64,000 bases of DNA from Lentisphaeria bacterium (GTDB lineage Bacteria; Verrucomicrobiota; Lentisphaeria; JABSQK01; JAWLHB01), in NCBI GenBank assembly GCA_041690595.1, contig JAWLHB010000010.1, forward strand, positions 1-64,000. Direction: 5' to 3'. The translations under genes and the position numbers were made by a program. Below the pieces are notes generated by a model, which saw only the letters and a list, made by a program, of their open reading frames with translations, did no database searches and was not told where the DNA came from. Each line of letters opens with the position of its first letter. Within the stretch, counting starts at the first letter, position 1. Below are positions 1 to 9,081 of this stretch, piece after piece.

Positions 1-97
1 GCTCATCCTCATGATCTCCTGTAGGGGGTTCAAGTCACAGGAGATACTGTGCGCACGAGCAAGCGAATATTCACCATGGGGTATTTTTGACGCTTAC
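1..97 (-). mobile_element. Probable left end of an IS66-family element inserted in istA; element continues beyond the left edge
   Basis: Minus strand from 97 reads GTAAGCGTCAAAAATACCCC (IS66 ends typically begin GTAA/GTAAGCG). An AGGAG RBS and ATG (12..10) follow, heading out of the window. The istA frame is broken exactly here (in-frame TGA at 88-90). Confidence 0.6.
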
Positions 98-927
98 GTC
101 ACTACGGCACCGTGCTGCTGCCGTCTAAGCCTGGCGTACCCCGGCATAAGGGGAAGGTGGAAAACAGCGTCAAGTACGTTCAGAACAACGCGCTGAAGGC
201 ACGCACGTTCCCCTCGCTGCAAGCTCAGAACGAGTACCTGGCTTATTGGGATCGCAATGTGGCCGACACCCGCCTTCACGGCACCAGTCGGGAGCAGGTC
301 ATGGCTGCCTTCAAGCGGGAGAAGTCCCACCTGCAGCCACTCCCCGACACGCTCTTTCCGGTCTTCGAAGAAGGCGAGCGCAAGGTCCACCGCGATGGCC
401 ACGTGGAGGTCGCCAAAAGCTACTATTCGGTGCCCCCGGAGTATGTTCATCGCACCGTCTGGGTCCGCTGGGACATCCGCACCGTGCGCATCTTCCACCC
501 GCGCAATCGCGAGCAGATCAAGGTGCATGCACGGGTCGAGCCGGGCCGCACGCAGACCGATCCACACGACATCCCAGCCAGCAAGATATCCGGCATCGAA
601 AAGGACAACGCCTACTGGCTCAAGCAGATCGAATTGGCCATCGGAAATGAAGCGCTGCGCTGGTCCCACGCCATGCTCAAGGACCGCGGTATCATTGGCA
701 AGCGCCTGCTCCTGGGGCTGATCGGCCTGAGCCGCAAGCACGCCGCTGACGTCCTCGATGCCGCTTGTCTGGAAGCTCGAAAGCGGCAACTGTGGCGCCT
801 GCATGATCTGCGCGAACTGCTCAAACAAGACATCATCGACCAACCCGAACTGGAGCTCCAACAAGAACACGAGATCATCCGCAGCCTCGACACTTACCAA
901 CAACTCATCGGCGACTTCGCCTCCTGA
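98..927 (+). pseudogene. istA: IS21 transposase IstA, 5'-interrupted fragment
   Basis: HYGTVLLPSKPGVPRHKGKVENSVKYV (DDE-region E motif), RKVHRDGHVEV..SYYSVP Mu-transposase C-terminal motif. Frame opens only after TGA at 88-90, so the N-terminal HTH/DD part is missing here. Confidence 0.85.
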
Positions 928-945
928 ATGAAAGGACATCCAGCC

Positions 946-1713
946 ATGCCCATCCCGGACACTATCCAACACACGCTCCGCACACTCCGCCTTAGCGGCC
1001 TGCATGTGACACTCGAACAGCGGCTGCAGGAAGCCCGCGGCAACCAGCTCGACTACCTCGAGTTCCTCGAACTACTCCTGCAGGACGAACTGCATCTGCG
1101 CCGGCAGCGTCAACTACAGCGCCGGCTCAACAAGGCCAGCTTCCGCGACCACCGCACCCTTGAAGACTTCGACTATGCCTTCAACGGCTCCATCGACCGC
1201 CGACAGATCGACCAACTTGCCACTTGCCAGTTCATCGACCAACAGCGCGATATCCTCCTGGTAGGCCCGCCAGGCGTCGGCAAAAGCCACCTCGCCCAGG
1301 CTCTTGGCCGCGCTGCCATTCGCCAAGGCCACGGCGTTCTCTACAAGTCCATCTTCGACGTCGCCCGCGACCTGGCCCGCCACGACGACGAGCGGCTCCT
1401 GCGCGACTACCTCAAAACCGACCTGCTCATCATCGACGACATGGGCATGAAAGAGCTCACCCGCCAAGGTGGTGAAGCCCTGCTGGAAATCATCATGCGC
1501 CGCCACGGCTTGCGCTCCACCATTATGACCACCAACCGCCCCCTCGATGACTGGGGAAAGCTTCTCGGCGACACCGCCACCGCCAGCGCCGTCCTCGACC
1601 GTCTACTGGGCTCCGCCCAACTCATCGTCATCAAGGGCCGAAGCTACCGACTCAAAGACACCGCTTGCAACAACCAACTCAAGGAATTATCCGTACCGAA
1701 CATCAACCAATAG
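946..1713 (+). CDS. istB: IS21 helper ATPase IstB
   Basis: Walker A GPPGVGKSHLA, Walker B LLIIDDMG, TTNRP..W, LDRL, GRSYR. AAAGGA RBS before ATG at 946. Confidence 0.95.
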   Translation: MPIPDTIQHTLRTLRLSGLHVTLEQRLQEARGNQLDYLEFLELLLQDELHLRRQRQLQRRLNKASFRDHRTLEDFDYAFNGSIDRRQIDQLATCQFIDQQRDILLVGPPGVGKSHLAQALGRAAIRQGHGVLYKSIFDVARDLARHDDERLLRDYLKTDLLIIDDMGMKELTRQGGEALLEIIMRRHGLRSTIMTTNRPLDDWGKLLGDTATASAVLDRLLGSAQLIVIKGRSYRLKDTACNNQLKELSVPNINQ

Positions 1714-1766
1714 GTGGCACAGTTTGGGGTGCCCACAAGTGGCCCACTTTGGGGTGCCCGGTGACA
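1714..1766 (+). repeat. IS21 right end: two 21-bp direct repeats plus terminal CA
   Basis: GTGGCACAGTTTGGGGTGCCC (1714-1734) and GTGGCCCACTTTGGGGTGCCC (1739-1759), then GGTGACA. Confidence 0.85.
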
Positions 1767-1974
1767 GCCGCGAGTAGGCTTTGTCGTCCAGCCTGATGGT
1801 TCTGTCAAGAACATGCACTGACAACCGTTCCTGCCTGAGCCAGCATCGCCACCGGTTCGTCAGGTTGTTGGTGCTCTGCTGCCGAACCCGCCCGTGAATT
1901 GTGCGCACTCCAAGCCGACAGGGCACGGCGCGGGAGCAGGGAGCCCGACAATGAATAATCCCGAGGAACCAAAC

Positions 1975-2421
1975 ATGACCCTCCATGAGTTTACTGCGCT
2001 GGTCGCTGAAGCTGAGGCCGCACACCCGGTGTGGTTCGGGTTGGCCTCGGATTCAGTGCCTGCCGACTCCGGTCTTGCCGCCGCTGAAGCGAGTCTGGGG
2101 GCGGTATTGCCGGAGCAGTACAAAGAGTTCCTTCGCCATTACGGAGGTGGCGATTTTGCCTTTACCAACATCTTTTCCCTGGACGAAGCCAGCGATTGGA
2201 ACCTGCTGCGGATTCATGCCGATATCGGCCTGCTTGCCGACCGTTTCCTCGCCATCTCCGACAATCAAGCAGGCGATTACTATGGATTCATCGTGGCAGA
2301 CGGTTGTTGCTCTACGGAGCTTTATTTTTACGATCACGAGGATGGTCAGATCCGCGCGACTCAATACGAAGACATCTTCTCCTACATCGCGCAAGTTGGG
2401 CTTAGGTTAGCCCAGGCTTGA
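1975..2421 (+). CDS. SMI1/KNR4 (SUKH) family immunity-like protein
   Basis: AEASLGAVLPEQYKEFLRHYGGG, LAISDNQAGDYYGF, YFYDHE; GAGGA RBS before ATG 1975. Confidence 0.85.
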   Translation: MTLHEFTALVAEAEAAHPVWFGLASDSVPADSGLAAAEASLGAVLPEQYKEFLRHYGGGDFAFTNIFSLDEASDWNLLRIHADIGLLADRFLAISDNQAGDYYGFIVADGCCSTELYFYDHEDGQIRATQYEDIFSYIAQVGLRLAQA

Positions 2422-2643
2422 GTCCTCCAGAGAGGGTCTGAGTATACTCCCCGCCTCAGCGACCGCTGAAACACCTGTGTCATCTCCCCCACCGCAACCA
2501 CCCACATCATCCGTCAATGCGGTCAACACGGTCAATGAGGTCCTGCGCTCCCACCCGTCGACCATGCTTCCCCTTATTCCCATTCTTCCCACCTGCTGTC
2601 GCCATTACCCTCTCCGCTCGCTGAGCATGGGATCCGCAGGCAT

Positions 2644-2680
2644 AAAAAAGAGGCCCCGGGTGCCATGCATCCGGGGCCTC
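2644..2680 (-). terminator. Rho-independent terminator of the apgM transcript
   Basis: Minus strand GAGGCCCCGG...CCGGGGCCTC stem followed by TTTTTT, 20 bp after the apgM stop. Confidence 0.85.
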
Positions 2681-2699
2681 TCTCATTTACGCTTTCAGA

Positions 2700-3923
2700 C
2701 TATGCGCCGAATTTCGCCAGGCGTCCGGCATGTCCCATCGCCATCGGCAGGATATCCGCCGCCATAAAGTGGCCGAGACCGCCGTTCATGCAGGCGCGCT
2801 CGCCAAAAGTGGTGGCGTTGTCGGGCCGAACCAGTTCTCCCCGGAAGAGCACGGGCACTTCGTGGAACGAGTGGGCCTTCATGGCTGCCGGCGTGGAATG
2901 GTCGCCGGTGACCACGAGAACGGAAGGATTCAGCTCGGCGATCTGGCCGATATAGTCGTCTACTTCTTCAATGACCTTGACCTTGGCATCGAAGTCGCCA
3001 TCTTCACCCCGGCTGTCGGTATACTTGAAGTGGACGAAGAAGAAGTCGTAGTCGTTCCAGTGCTTGCGGAGGGTATCGATCTCCGATGCCATGGAATCAC
3101 CGGTAGGCAGGATATCCATGCCACACAGACTGCCGACACCACGGTACATGGGGTAGACGGCCACCGCGGCGGCGTTCAGCTTGTAAACGTCGCGGAAGGT
3201 GGGAAGCCCAGGATCCTTGGCCAGGCCGCGAAGATTGCAGGCGTTGGCCTTCTTCTCGTCCTTCAGAACGTCCGTCGCCTGTTTGACCCAGTCATTGAGC
3301 AGCTCGGCCGTGCGCTTGGTATTCGGATCGTCATTGGTCGGTTCGATCGGCAGCCGCGGTACTCCGGTCTGCTGCGGATCCGTCTCCGTCAAACCGTCGC
3401 GGAGGTTCGGACCGCGCATGACAAGGACGAAGCGGTACTCCTTCACCGGACGCACAAAGATCTCGTAGCCGGGAATGGAAGTATGCTTCTGCAGCTTTTC
3501 GCAGATGCGCTTCCCTTCTTCCGAGGGGATGCGGCCGGCGCGACGGTCGGTGATGTTGCCACTGGCGTCAATAGTGCAGAAGTTGCCGCGGGCCGCGAGA
3601 TCGTCGGCCTTGAGGGGAAAGTCGATACCAACTGCTTCCAGAACGCCACGACCGATTTCGTACTGCAGGGGATCGTACCCAAAAAGGCCGAGATGGCCCG
3701 GGCCGCTGCCGGGGGTAACCCCGCGAGAAACGGGAATGCTCTGCCCGCACGACCCTTCTCCGGCGAGGCGATCCAGGTTGGGCGTCTTGGCGGCTTCCAG
3801 TTCGGTGGGGCCGCCGGCTTTCATCGGCATGCCGCCGAGGCCGTCGAGGACGGCAAGAACGATCTTGCCGCCACTGGGCAGTGTGCTTTTCTGGGCGAGG
3901 CGTTTCATCAGATCGAGACTCAT
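2700..3923 (-). CDS. apgM: 2,3-bisphosphoglycerate-independent phosphoglycerate mutase (ApgM type)
   Basis: LDGLGG, TELEAAKTPNLD, PGSGPGHLGLFGYDP, DRRAGRI, TGDHSTP; CAGGAG RBS before ATG 3923. Confidence 0.93.
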   Translation of the reverse strand: MSLDLMKRLAQKSTLPSGGKIVLAVLDGLGGMPMKAGGPTELEAAKTPNLDRLAGEGSCGQSIPVSRGVTPGSGPGHLGLFGYDPLQYEIGRGVLEAVGIDFPLKADDLAARGNFCTIDASGNITDRRAGRIPSEEGKRICEKLQKHTSIPGYEIFVRPVKEYRFVLVMRGPNLRDGLTETDPQQTGVPRLPIEPTNDDPNTKRTAELLNDWVKQATDVLKDEKKANACNLRGLAKDPGLPTFRDVYKLNAAAVAVYPMYRGVGSLCGMDILPTGDSMASEIDTLRKHWNDYDFFFVHFKYTDSRGEDGDFDAKVKVIEEVDDYIGQIAELNPSVLVVTGDHSTPAAMKAHSFHEVPVLFRGELVRPDNATTFGERACMNGGLGHFMAADILPMAMGHAGRLAKFGA

Positions 3924-3963
3924 GCGGAACTCCTGCTGAAGGGGTGTTGCTTTTCGGTTCAGA

Positions 3964-4785
3964 TCAAGGGGTAGGGGAGAGTGCCTGGTCGTCCCAGTAG
4001 ACGTCGCTGGCCATGAAGACGGGACCGTCCATGCAGGTGCGGATATATTCCCATCCATCGGCATTGTCGGCCTTCAGCTTGACGACGCAGGTGAAGCATG
4101 CGCCGACGCCGCAACCCATATGCATGTCCATGCTGAGCGCGGCATCGTAGCCGCGCGGCAGGCAAAGATCGCTGACGGCGCGCAGCATCGCGTTCGGGCC
4201 GCAGGCGTAGATGGCCGCCGGCCCAGATTCCTTGTCCAGCTCGTCCAGAAGCAGGTCGGTGACCAGCCCCTGGTGGCCGAGGGAGCCGTCATTGGTGGAA
4301 GGTCGCACGGAGAAACCAGTGGCCGCAAACTCCTCCTGTACCAGAATATCGCCGGCGCTGCGCCCGCCAAGCATGGCAACGCCGGGACGCTGCGCACCTT
4401 TCGCGATCAGGTAGGTGGCGGCACAGCCGTATCCTCCGGCCACGATCAGGATGCGCTGATCAGCGGTCGCGGGTGGAAAGCCGTTGCCGAGCGGCCCAAG
4501 AAGGTTGACCATCTGGCCCGGCTGGAGCTTCGCCATCGCACGGGTGCCGACGCCGATCGCCTTGTAGATGAGCGTAAGCACACCCAGGGATGGATCCGCA
4601 TCGAAAATGCTGAAGGGACGACGCAAAGTCAGGTGCGGGTGATCGGGAACCATCAGGTGCACGAACTGGCCAGCCTTGACCAGCGGCACGATGGAAGGCG
4701 CGGAGAAGCTGATCCGGAAATAGTCACCGCGATAGTTCTGGTTGACCAGTATCTCCGCATCTTCCTGGCATCTAGTCGGCTGCAT
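3964..4785 (-). CDS. pyrK: Dihydroorotate dehydrogenase electron-transfer subunit (FAD/2Fe-2S)
   Basis: LRRPFSI, GPLGNGF, AGGYG, ACGP, MGCGVGACFTC...CMDGPVF. Confidence 0.85.
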   Translation of the reverse strand: MQPTRCQEDAEILVNQNYRGDYFRISFSAPSIVPLVKAGQFVHLMVPDHPHLTLRRPFSIFDADPSLGVLTLIYKAIGVGTRAMAKLQPGQMVNLLGPLGNGFPPATADQRILIVAGGYGCAATYLIAKGAQRPGVAMLGGRSAGDILVQEEFAATGFSVRPSTNDGSLGHQGLVTDLLLDELDKESGPAAIYACGPNAMLRAVSDLCLPRGYDAALSMDMHMGCGVGACFTCVVKLKADNADGWEYIRTCMDGPVFMASDVYWDDQALSPTP

Positions 4786-5044
4786 TCCGCACTTTCTGTT
4801 TTTCGCGTTCGCATTTCTCGCGCAACGATGTCAGCTCGGCTGCGAGACGCTCAGCTATCTCGCGCTGACGATCGCGATTGTTTGACGCCGCGGCCAGCGC
4901 ATCCTTGGCGCTCAGCTCGGCTTGGGCGATCCGGGCTGTATAGGTACGCTCCACCTCCGCGATGGCCGCCTTCTGTGCATCGTTCAACTTCTGCACGGGA
5001 TCATTGCCAAAGCGCTCGAGGGCGCGATCATAAGCACTTTTCAT
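4772..5044 (-). CDS. Small helical hypothetical protein
   Basis: 90 aa, MKSAYDRALERF..., AGGAG RBS, overlaps the pyrK start; in-operon position. Confidence 0.75.
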   Translation of the reverse strand: MKSAYDRALERFGNDPVQKLNDAQKAAIAEVERTYTARIAQAELSAKDALAAASNNRDRQREIAERLAAELTSLREKCEREKQKVRNAAD

Positions 5045-5067
5045 GTTCTGCTACTCCTGGCTGTATC

Positions 5068-5352
5068 TTAGGCATCGCCGCGAGGCGGAAAATCGAAATG
5101 TCGCTCGAACAACTCCAGCATCTTGTCTGCCATCTGCTCGTCGTCCGGCCCATCTACCGTTATCGTGATCGGTTCACCCTCCTGAAGCCCCAGTGAGAGT
5201 AGATCCAACAGGGAGGAAATGGTGATCTCCCCTTTCCCATCAGCGCTTAGCATAACGGTACCGGCGTAAGGACGGCATTCGTTGATGATGATCGCCGACG
5301 GACGGCAGTGGATGCCGTGCGCGTTTCGAATGGTTGCCTTGCGAATGGCCAT
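5068..5352 (-). CDS. ptsH: HPr phosphocarrier protein
   Basis: NAHGIHCRPS (His15 motif), SLLDLLSLG, DGPDDE. Confidence 0.9.
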   Translation of the reverse strand: MAIRKATIRNAHGIHCRPSAIIINECRPYAGTVMLSADGKGEITISSLLDLLSLGLQEGEPITITVDGPDDEQMADKMLELFERHFDFPPRGDA

Positions 5353-5396
5353 GTCCGCTCCATGACAAATGGTAATGAAGGAAGAAGCGGAAACCG

Positions 5397-5888
5397 TCAG
5401 GGCGTCGTTTCTGGAGCTGCTTCGGTCGCTTCTGGAGCTGCTTCGGTCGCTTCTGGAGCTGCTTCGGTCGCTTCTGGAGCCGCTTCGGTCGCTTCTGGAG
5501 CCGCTTCGGTCGCTTCTGATGCGGGAGCAGGAGCTGACGGCAGCACGGGCGGCGCAGCTTCCTCGGCGGCATCCTCCAACCCAGGGACCGGAGTCGTTCC
5601 ACTCTCGATCAGCTCTTCCACCTTTGTCGAAGATTCCCGATCGATACGCTGAAAAACCGTCAGCGCCAGCGTGTTCACCAGAAAAAATAGCGCCAGCACG
5701 ACGGTGGATTTCGTCAGAATATTGCCTGTCTGCGCGCCGAAGACTTCCTCCGTGGCACCGCCACCGCCGCCGGCGATACCGCCAAGGCCGCCGCCACTTT
5801 TGCTTTTCTGCAGAAGCACGAGAACGATGATGAGCAGAGCCACGATCACCTCGAGCGCGGTCATCAGCCAGATAAGCGCGTTGAACAT
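5397..5888 (-). CDS. secG: Preprotein translocase subunit SecG with acidic repeat tail
   Basis: TM-VLLQKSKSGGGLG..FG..LTKST-TM pattern; directly downstream of tpiA. Confidence 0.92.
   Translation of the reverse strand: MFNALIWLMTALEVIVALLIIVLVLLQKSKSGGGLGGIAGGGGGATEEVFGAQTGNILTKSTVVLALFFLVNTLALTVFQRIDRESSTKVEELIESGTTPVPGLEDAAEEAAPPVLPSAPAPASEATEAAPEATEAAPEATEAAPEATEAAPEATEAAPETTP
5409..5518. repeat. 21-bp tandem repeat, 5 copies plus partial, encoding (EATEAAP)n in SecG
   Basis: Unit TTCTGGAGC(T/C)GCTTCGGTCGC. Confidence 0.95.
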
Positions 5889-6054
5889 ATGCTTGCCGGT
5901 ACCTGTACTATGTGGAGATTGAATTCAGGGAAATAGCGTAAACGAGAACTATAGAGGCAGTATGCAGCTTTTCAAGGCTTACCGAAAAGCCATTGTACCT
6001 TTTCGAAGCCGCCTCCCCCGAGAAGAGGGAGACGGCTCTCCAAAGATTCGCCGC

Positions 6055-6810
6055 TTACTGCGCGTTATGGAGCAGTTGGCTGAAGTCTTCAGCCTTGAGA
6101 CTGGCTCCGCCAACCAACGCGCCGTCGATATCCGGGCAGCTCATCAGCTCGGCAACATTGCTTGCCTTCACGGAGCCGCCGTACTGAATCCGCACCTTGT
6201 CGGCGACGGCGCCGTACATCTCGCGGACCAGGTTGCGGATCAGCGCGTGCACGTCCTGTGCCTGCTGAGGAGACGCGGTAAGGCCCGTGCCGATTGCCCA
6301 GACCGGTTCATAGGCGATGACGATTCCGGCCATCTGCGCGTCGGTCAAACCGGCAAGTCCAGCCTTGATCTGTGCCGAAACGATCGCTTCGGTCTCGTCG
6401 CCCTGTCGCTGGGCATACGTTTCGCCACAGCAGACCATGGGCTTGAGCCCGGCGGCCAACGCGGCATGCAGCCGCTGATTGACGCTCTCATTCGTCTCCC
6501 CGAAGAACTGGCGGCGCTCGCTGTGTCCGATGATGACGTACTCGACGGCCAGCTCGCGCAACATCTCGGTCGAGATCTCGCCGGTGAAGGCGCCGCTTGC
6601 TTCCCAGTGCACATTCTGGGCGCCGATGCCGACATTGCTGCCGCGACAAACCTCGACTGCCGTCGCGAGCGAGGTAAAGGTCGGGCAGATGGCAATATCG
6701 ATGCTCTTGATATCGGCAACCTTGGCCTTCAGTTCCGTCAGCATGGCTTTCGTTTCAGCCATCGTGTAATTCATCTTCCAGTTGCCGGCGATGATCAGTT
6801 TTCTCGACAT
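6055..6810 (-). CDS. tpiA: Triosephosphate isomerase
   Basis: AGNWKMN, IIGHSERR, AYEPVWAIGTG, YGGSV, GALVGGASL. Confidence 0.98.
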   Translation of the reverse strand: MSRKLIIAGNWKMNYTMAETKAMLTELKAKVADIKSIDIAICPTFTSLATAVEVCRGSNVGIGAQNVHWEASGAFTGEISTEMLRELAVEYVIIGHSERRQFFGETNESVNQRLHAALAAGLKPMVCCGETYAQRQGDETEAIVSAQIKAGLAGLTDAQMAGIVIAYEPVWAIGTGLTASPQQAQDVHALIRNLVREMYGAVADKVRIQYGGSVKASNVAELMSCPDIDGALVGGASLKAEDFSQLLHNAQ

Positions 6811-6897
6811 GGTTTTCCCCTTCTCTCGTTGTGCCCGGAAGTGGCGCGCATGGCTCCTCCCCCAATGGGCGTTAGGCTGACTTTACGGCAGCTCCTG

Positions 6898-8142
6898 CTA
6901 CTTGTTGTCCAGAACGGCGACGCCTGGCAATTCCTTCCCTTCCAAAAACTCCAGCGAGGCTCCGCCGCCGGTCGAGATGTGGCTCATTTTGTCCGCCATC
7001 CCGCTCTTGTTGACCGCACTGACGGAATCGCCACCGCCTATGATCGATACGGCATCGGCATCGGCGACCGCCTGGCAGACTGCCAGAGTTCCCTTCGCAA
7101 AGGCGTCCATTTCAAACACGCCCATCGGTCCGTTCCACACGATCATCTTCGCATCCTTGATGGCAGCCGTGAAGCGCTCGATGCTCTTCGGACCGATATC
7201 CATCCCCTGCCATCCCTCTGGAATATTTCCTTCCACCGTTTGCGTATTCGCATCCGCCTTGAAGTCGTCAGCAATCACCGTGTCGACCGGCAGCAGGAAG
7301 TTGACCCCCTTTGTCTTGGCCTTCTCCATCACCGCCATGGCGGTGTCGAGCAGATCGTCTTCATGAATGGACCCGCCGATGGTTTGCCCCTGTGCCTTGA
7401 AGAAAGTGTAGGCCATGCCGCCGCCCACGATCAGCGTGTCGACCTTGTTAAGCAGGCTTTCCAGCACTTCCAGTTTGCCCGAGATCTTGGCTCCGCCAAT
7501 GATCGCCACATACGGATGCTCCGGACTTTCCACTGCTTTGCCCAGATAGTCGATCTCCTTCTGCATGAGAAAACCGGCGACGGCGGTATCGATGAAGTCC
7601 GCAATCACTGCCGTCGAGGCATGCGCGCGATGCGCCGTGCCAAAGGCATCGTTGACGTAAACGTCGGCCAACTCGGCAAGCTGGTGAGCCATGATCCGCT
7701 GCTTTTCCTTCATCTCCTGCTTGGCCTGCTTGGCTTCGGCATCCGACATCCCATCAGTCTTCGCCTTCCCTTCTTCCGCAGCGTGAAAACGGGTATTCTC
7801 GAGCATCAGGATCTGACCCGCCTTCAGCTCGGCGGCCTGGCTGCTCACCTCATCTCCAACGCAGTCCTTCGCCATCTTGACCTCCTTGCCGAGAAGGTCG
7901 GCCAGGTAGGAGGCAACGGGCGCGAGGCTCATTTCGGCATTGCGCTTCCCTTTCGGCCGCCCGAGATGGCTCATCAGGATGAGGCTGGCGCCCTGCTCGA
8001 GGATGTAGTTGATGCTGGGGAGGGCGGCGCGGATGCGGGTGTCGTCGGTAATCTTGCCGTCTTGCAGGGGGACATTGAAGTCCACGCGCATGATCACTTT
8101 CTTGCCGGTGAGGTCGATGTCTTTGATCGTCTTCTTATTCAT
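6898..8142 (-). CDS. pgk: Phosphoglycerate kinase
   Basis: [45 protein letters not shown]. Confidence 0.98.
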   Translation of the reverse strand: MNKKTIKDIDLTGKKVIMRVDFNVPLQDGKITDDTRIRAALPSINYILEQGASLILMSHLGRPKGKRNAEMSLAPVASYLADLLGKEVKMAKDCVGDEVSSQAAELKAGQILMLENTRFHAAEEGKAKTDGMSDAEAKQAKQEMKEKQRIMAHQLAELADVYVNDAFGTAHRAHASTAVIADFIDTAVAGFLMQKEIDYLGKAVESPEHPYVAIIGGAKISGKLEVLESLLNKVDTLIVGGGMAYTFFKAQGQTIGGSIHEDDLLDTAMAVMEKAKTKGVNFLLPVDTVIADDFKADANTQTVEGNIPEGWQGMDIGPKSIERFTAAIKDAKMIVWNGPMGVFEMDAFAKGTLAVCQAVADADAVSIIGGGDSVSAVNKSGMADKMSHISTGGGASLEFLEGKELPGVAVLDNK

Positions 8143-8337
8143 GCTGGAATCCTCTGGGTAGGTACTGATGGCGGTTTACGCAGGTACCGCGAGTCGAACA
8201 GTGAAAATAGCACCAATTTGCCCGGTTGCCTGCTCATTTCAGCGCATTTTCTTTGCCTTCAGGCAAAATTATTCGGCCCAGCGCGAGGGAAGACCCATCA
8301 GCGGCCATCCAACCGTTCCCTCCCCAAGGCTACAACC

Positions 8338-8973
8338 TCACACCCGAGAGGCTGTCTTGAGCGCAACGGCCGCTTCGGCGGTCAGCGGCTTTACCCGCTC
8401 TCCTCCTTCGACGATGATCCGGCAGGCCAGCTCGAAAAAGACCGCATTCTGAATGGCCAGATCGAGGCTTCGCGCCGCGGTTACCATCCCATGGCTGTGC
8501 AGCACCGCCAGGTTGTGCGTGAGCATCGTCTTGACCACCGCATCCGCAAGCTCCGGCGATCCGGGAGTGATATAGGGAACCATCCCGATCTCCCCGATAT
8601 AATACGGTATCTCCGGCACCATGAAATAGTTGATGTCCTCCGGTGAGCCGCACGCCAACGTCGTGGCATGGGGCGACTGAAAATGCAGAACCGCCTGTAT
8701 CTCCGGTCGCGCTTGCAGGATCCCCAAATGAAAGCGAGATTCCACTGACGGTGTTAAACCATTTAACACGATTCCATCGCTCAGGCGACAGATCGCGATC
8801 TGATCCGCACGAATGTCCGCCATCCACGTCCGAGAGGCCGTGATCAGAACATGGTCGCGATCGGCGCGATACGAAAAATTGCCGCTGCTGCATTGCATGA
8901 GCTGGTAGTCGAGAGCGGCGCGGCGAGAGGCTCGAACAAGTTGCTCGATCTGAGGCATGAAAGCTGAGAGCAT
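8338..8973 (-). CDS. Class II aldolase/adducin family protein (FucA/AraD-like)
   Basis: SSGNFS, PSVESRFH, AVLHFQSP, LHSHG; start uncertain (8973 or 8958). Confidence 0.85.
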   Translation of the reverse strand: MLSAFMPQIEQLVRASRRAALDYQLMQCSSGNFSYRADRDHVLITASRTWMADIRADQIAICRLSDGIVLNGLTPSVESRFHLGILQARPEIQAVLHFQSPHATTLACGSPEDINYFMVPEIPYYIGEIGMVPYITPGSPELADAVVKTMLTHNLAVLHSHGMVTAARSLDLAIQNAVFFELACRIIVEGGERVKPLTAEAAVALKTASRV

Positions 8974-9081
8974 GGAGGCTTCCGGAATTGGTGGTTGTAA
9001 AGCTGACAACGCTGCCTACTATACCCATTGGTGGAACGATTTCGATGACAACTGCCGTGGTTCCCGTTGAAGAGGTGAACA

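Larger units (their letters stand above)
98..1766 (+). mobile_element. IS21-family insertion sequence (right part: truncated istA, istB, right end)
   Basis: istA C-terminal part, then istB, then two subterminal direct repeats and a terminal ...GGTGACA (IS21 ends are TG...CA). Confidence 0.9.

Noticed and set aside
1819..1950. Possible integron attC sites around the SMI1 gene
   Set aside because: Only weak AAC...GTT pairing; no clean RYYYAAC/GTTRRRY boxes, no repeated copies and no integrase in the window.
5409..5518. Possible CRISPR array
   Set aside because: Contiguous tandem units with no spacers, in frame within secG, and no cas genes.
5962..8646. 894-aa plus-strand ORF
   Set aside because: Antisense shadow of tpiA/pgk/aldolase; stop-poor because of high-GC codon bias; no motifs.
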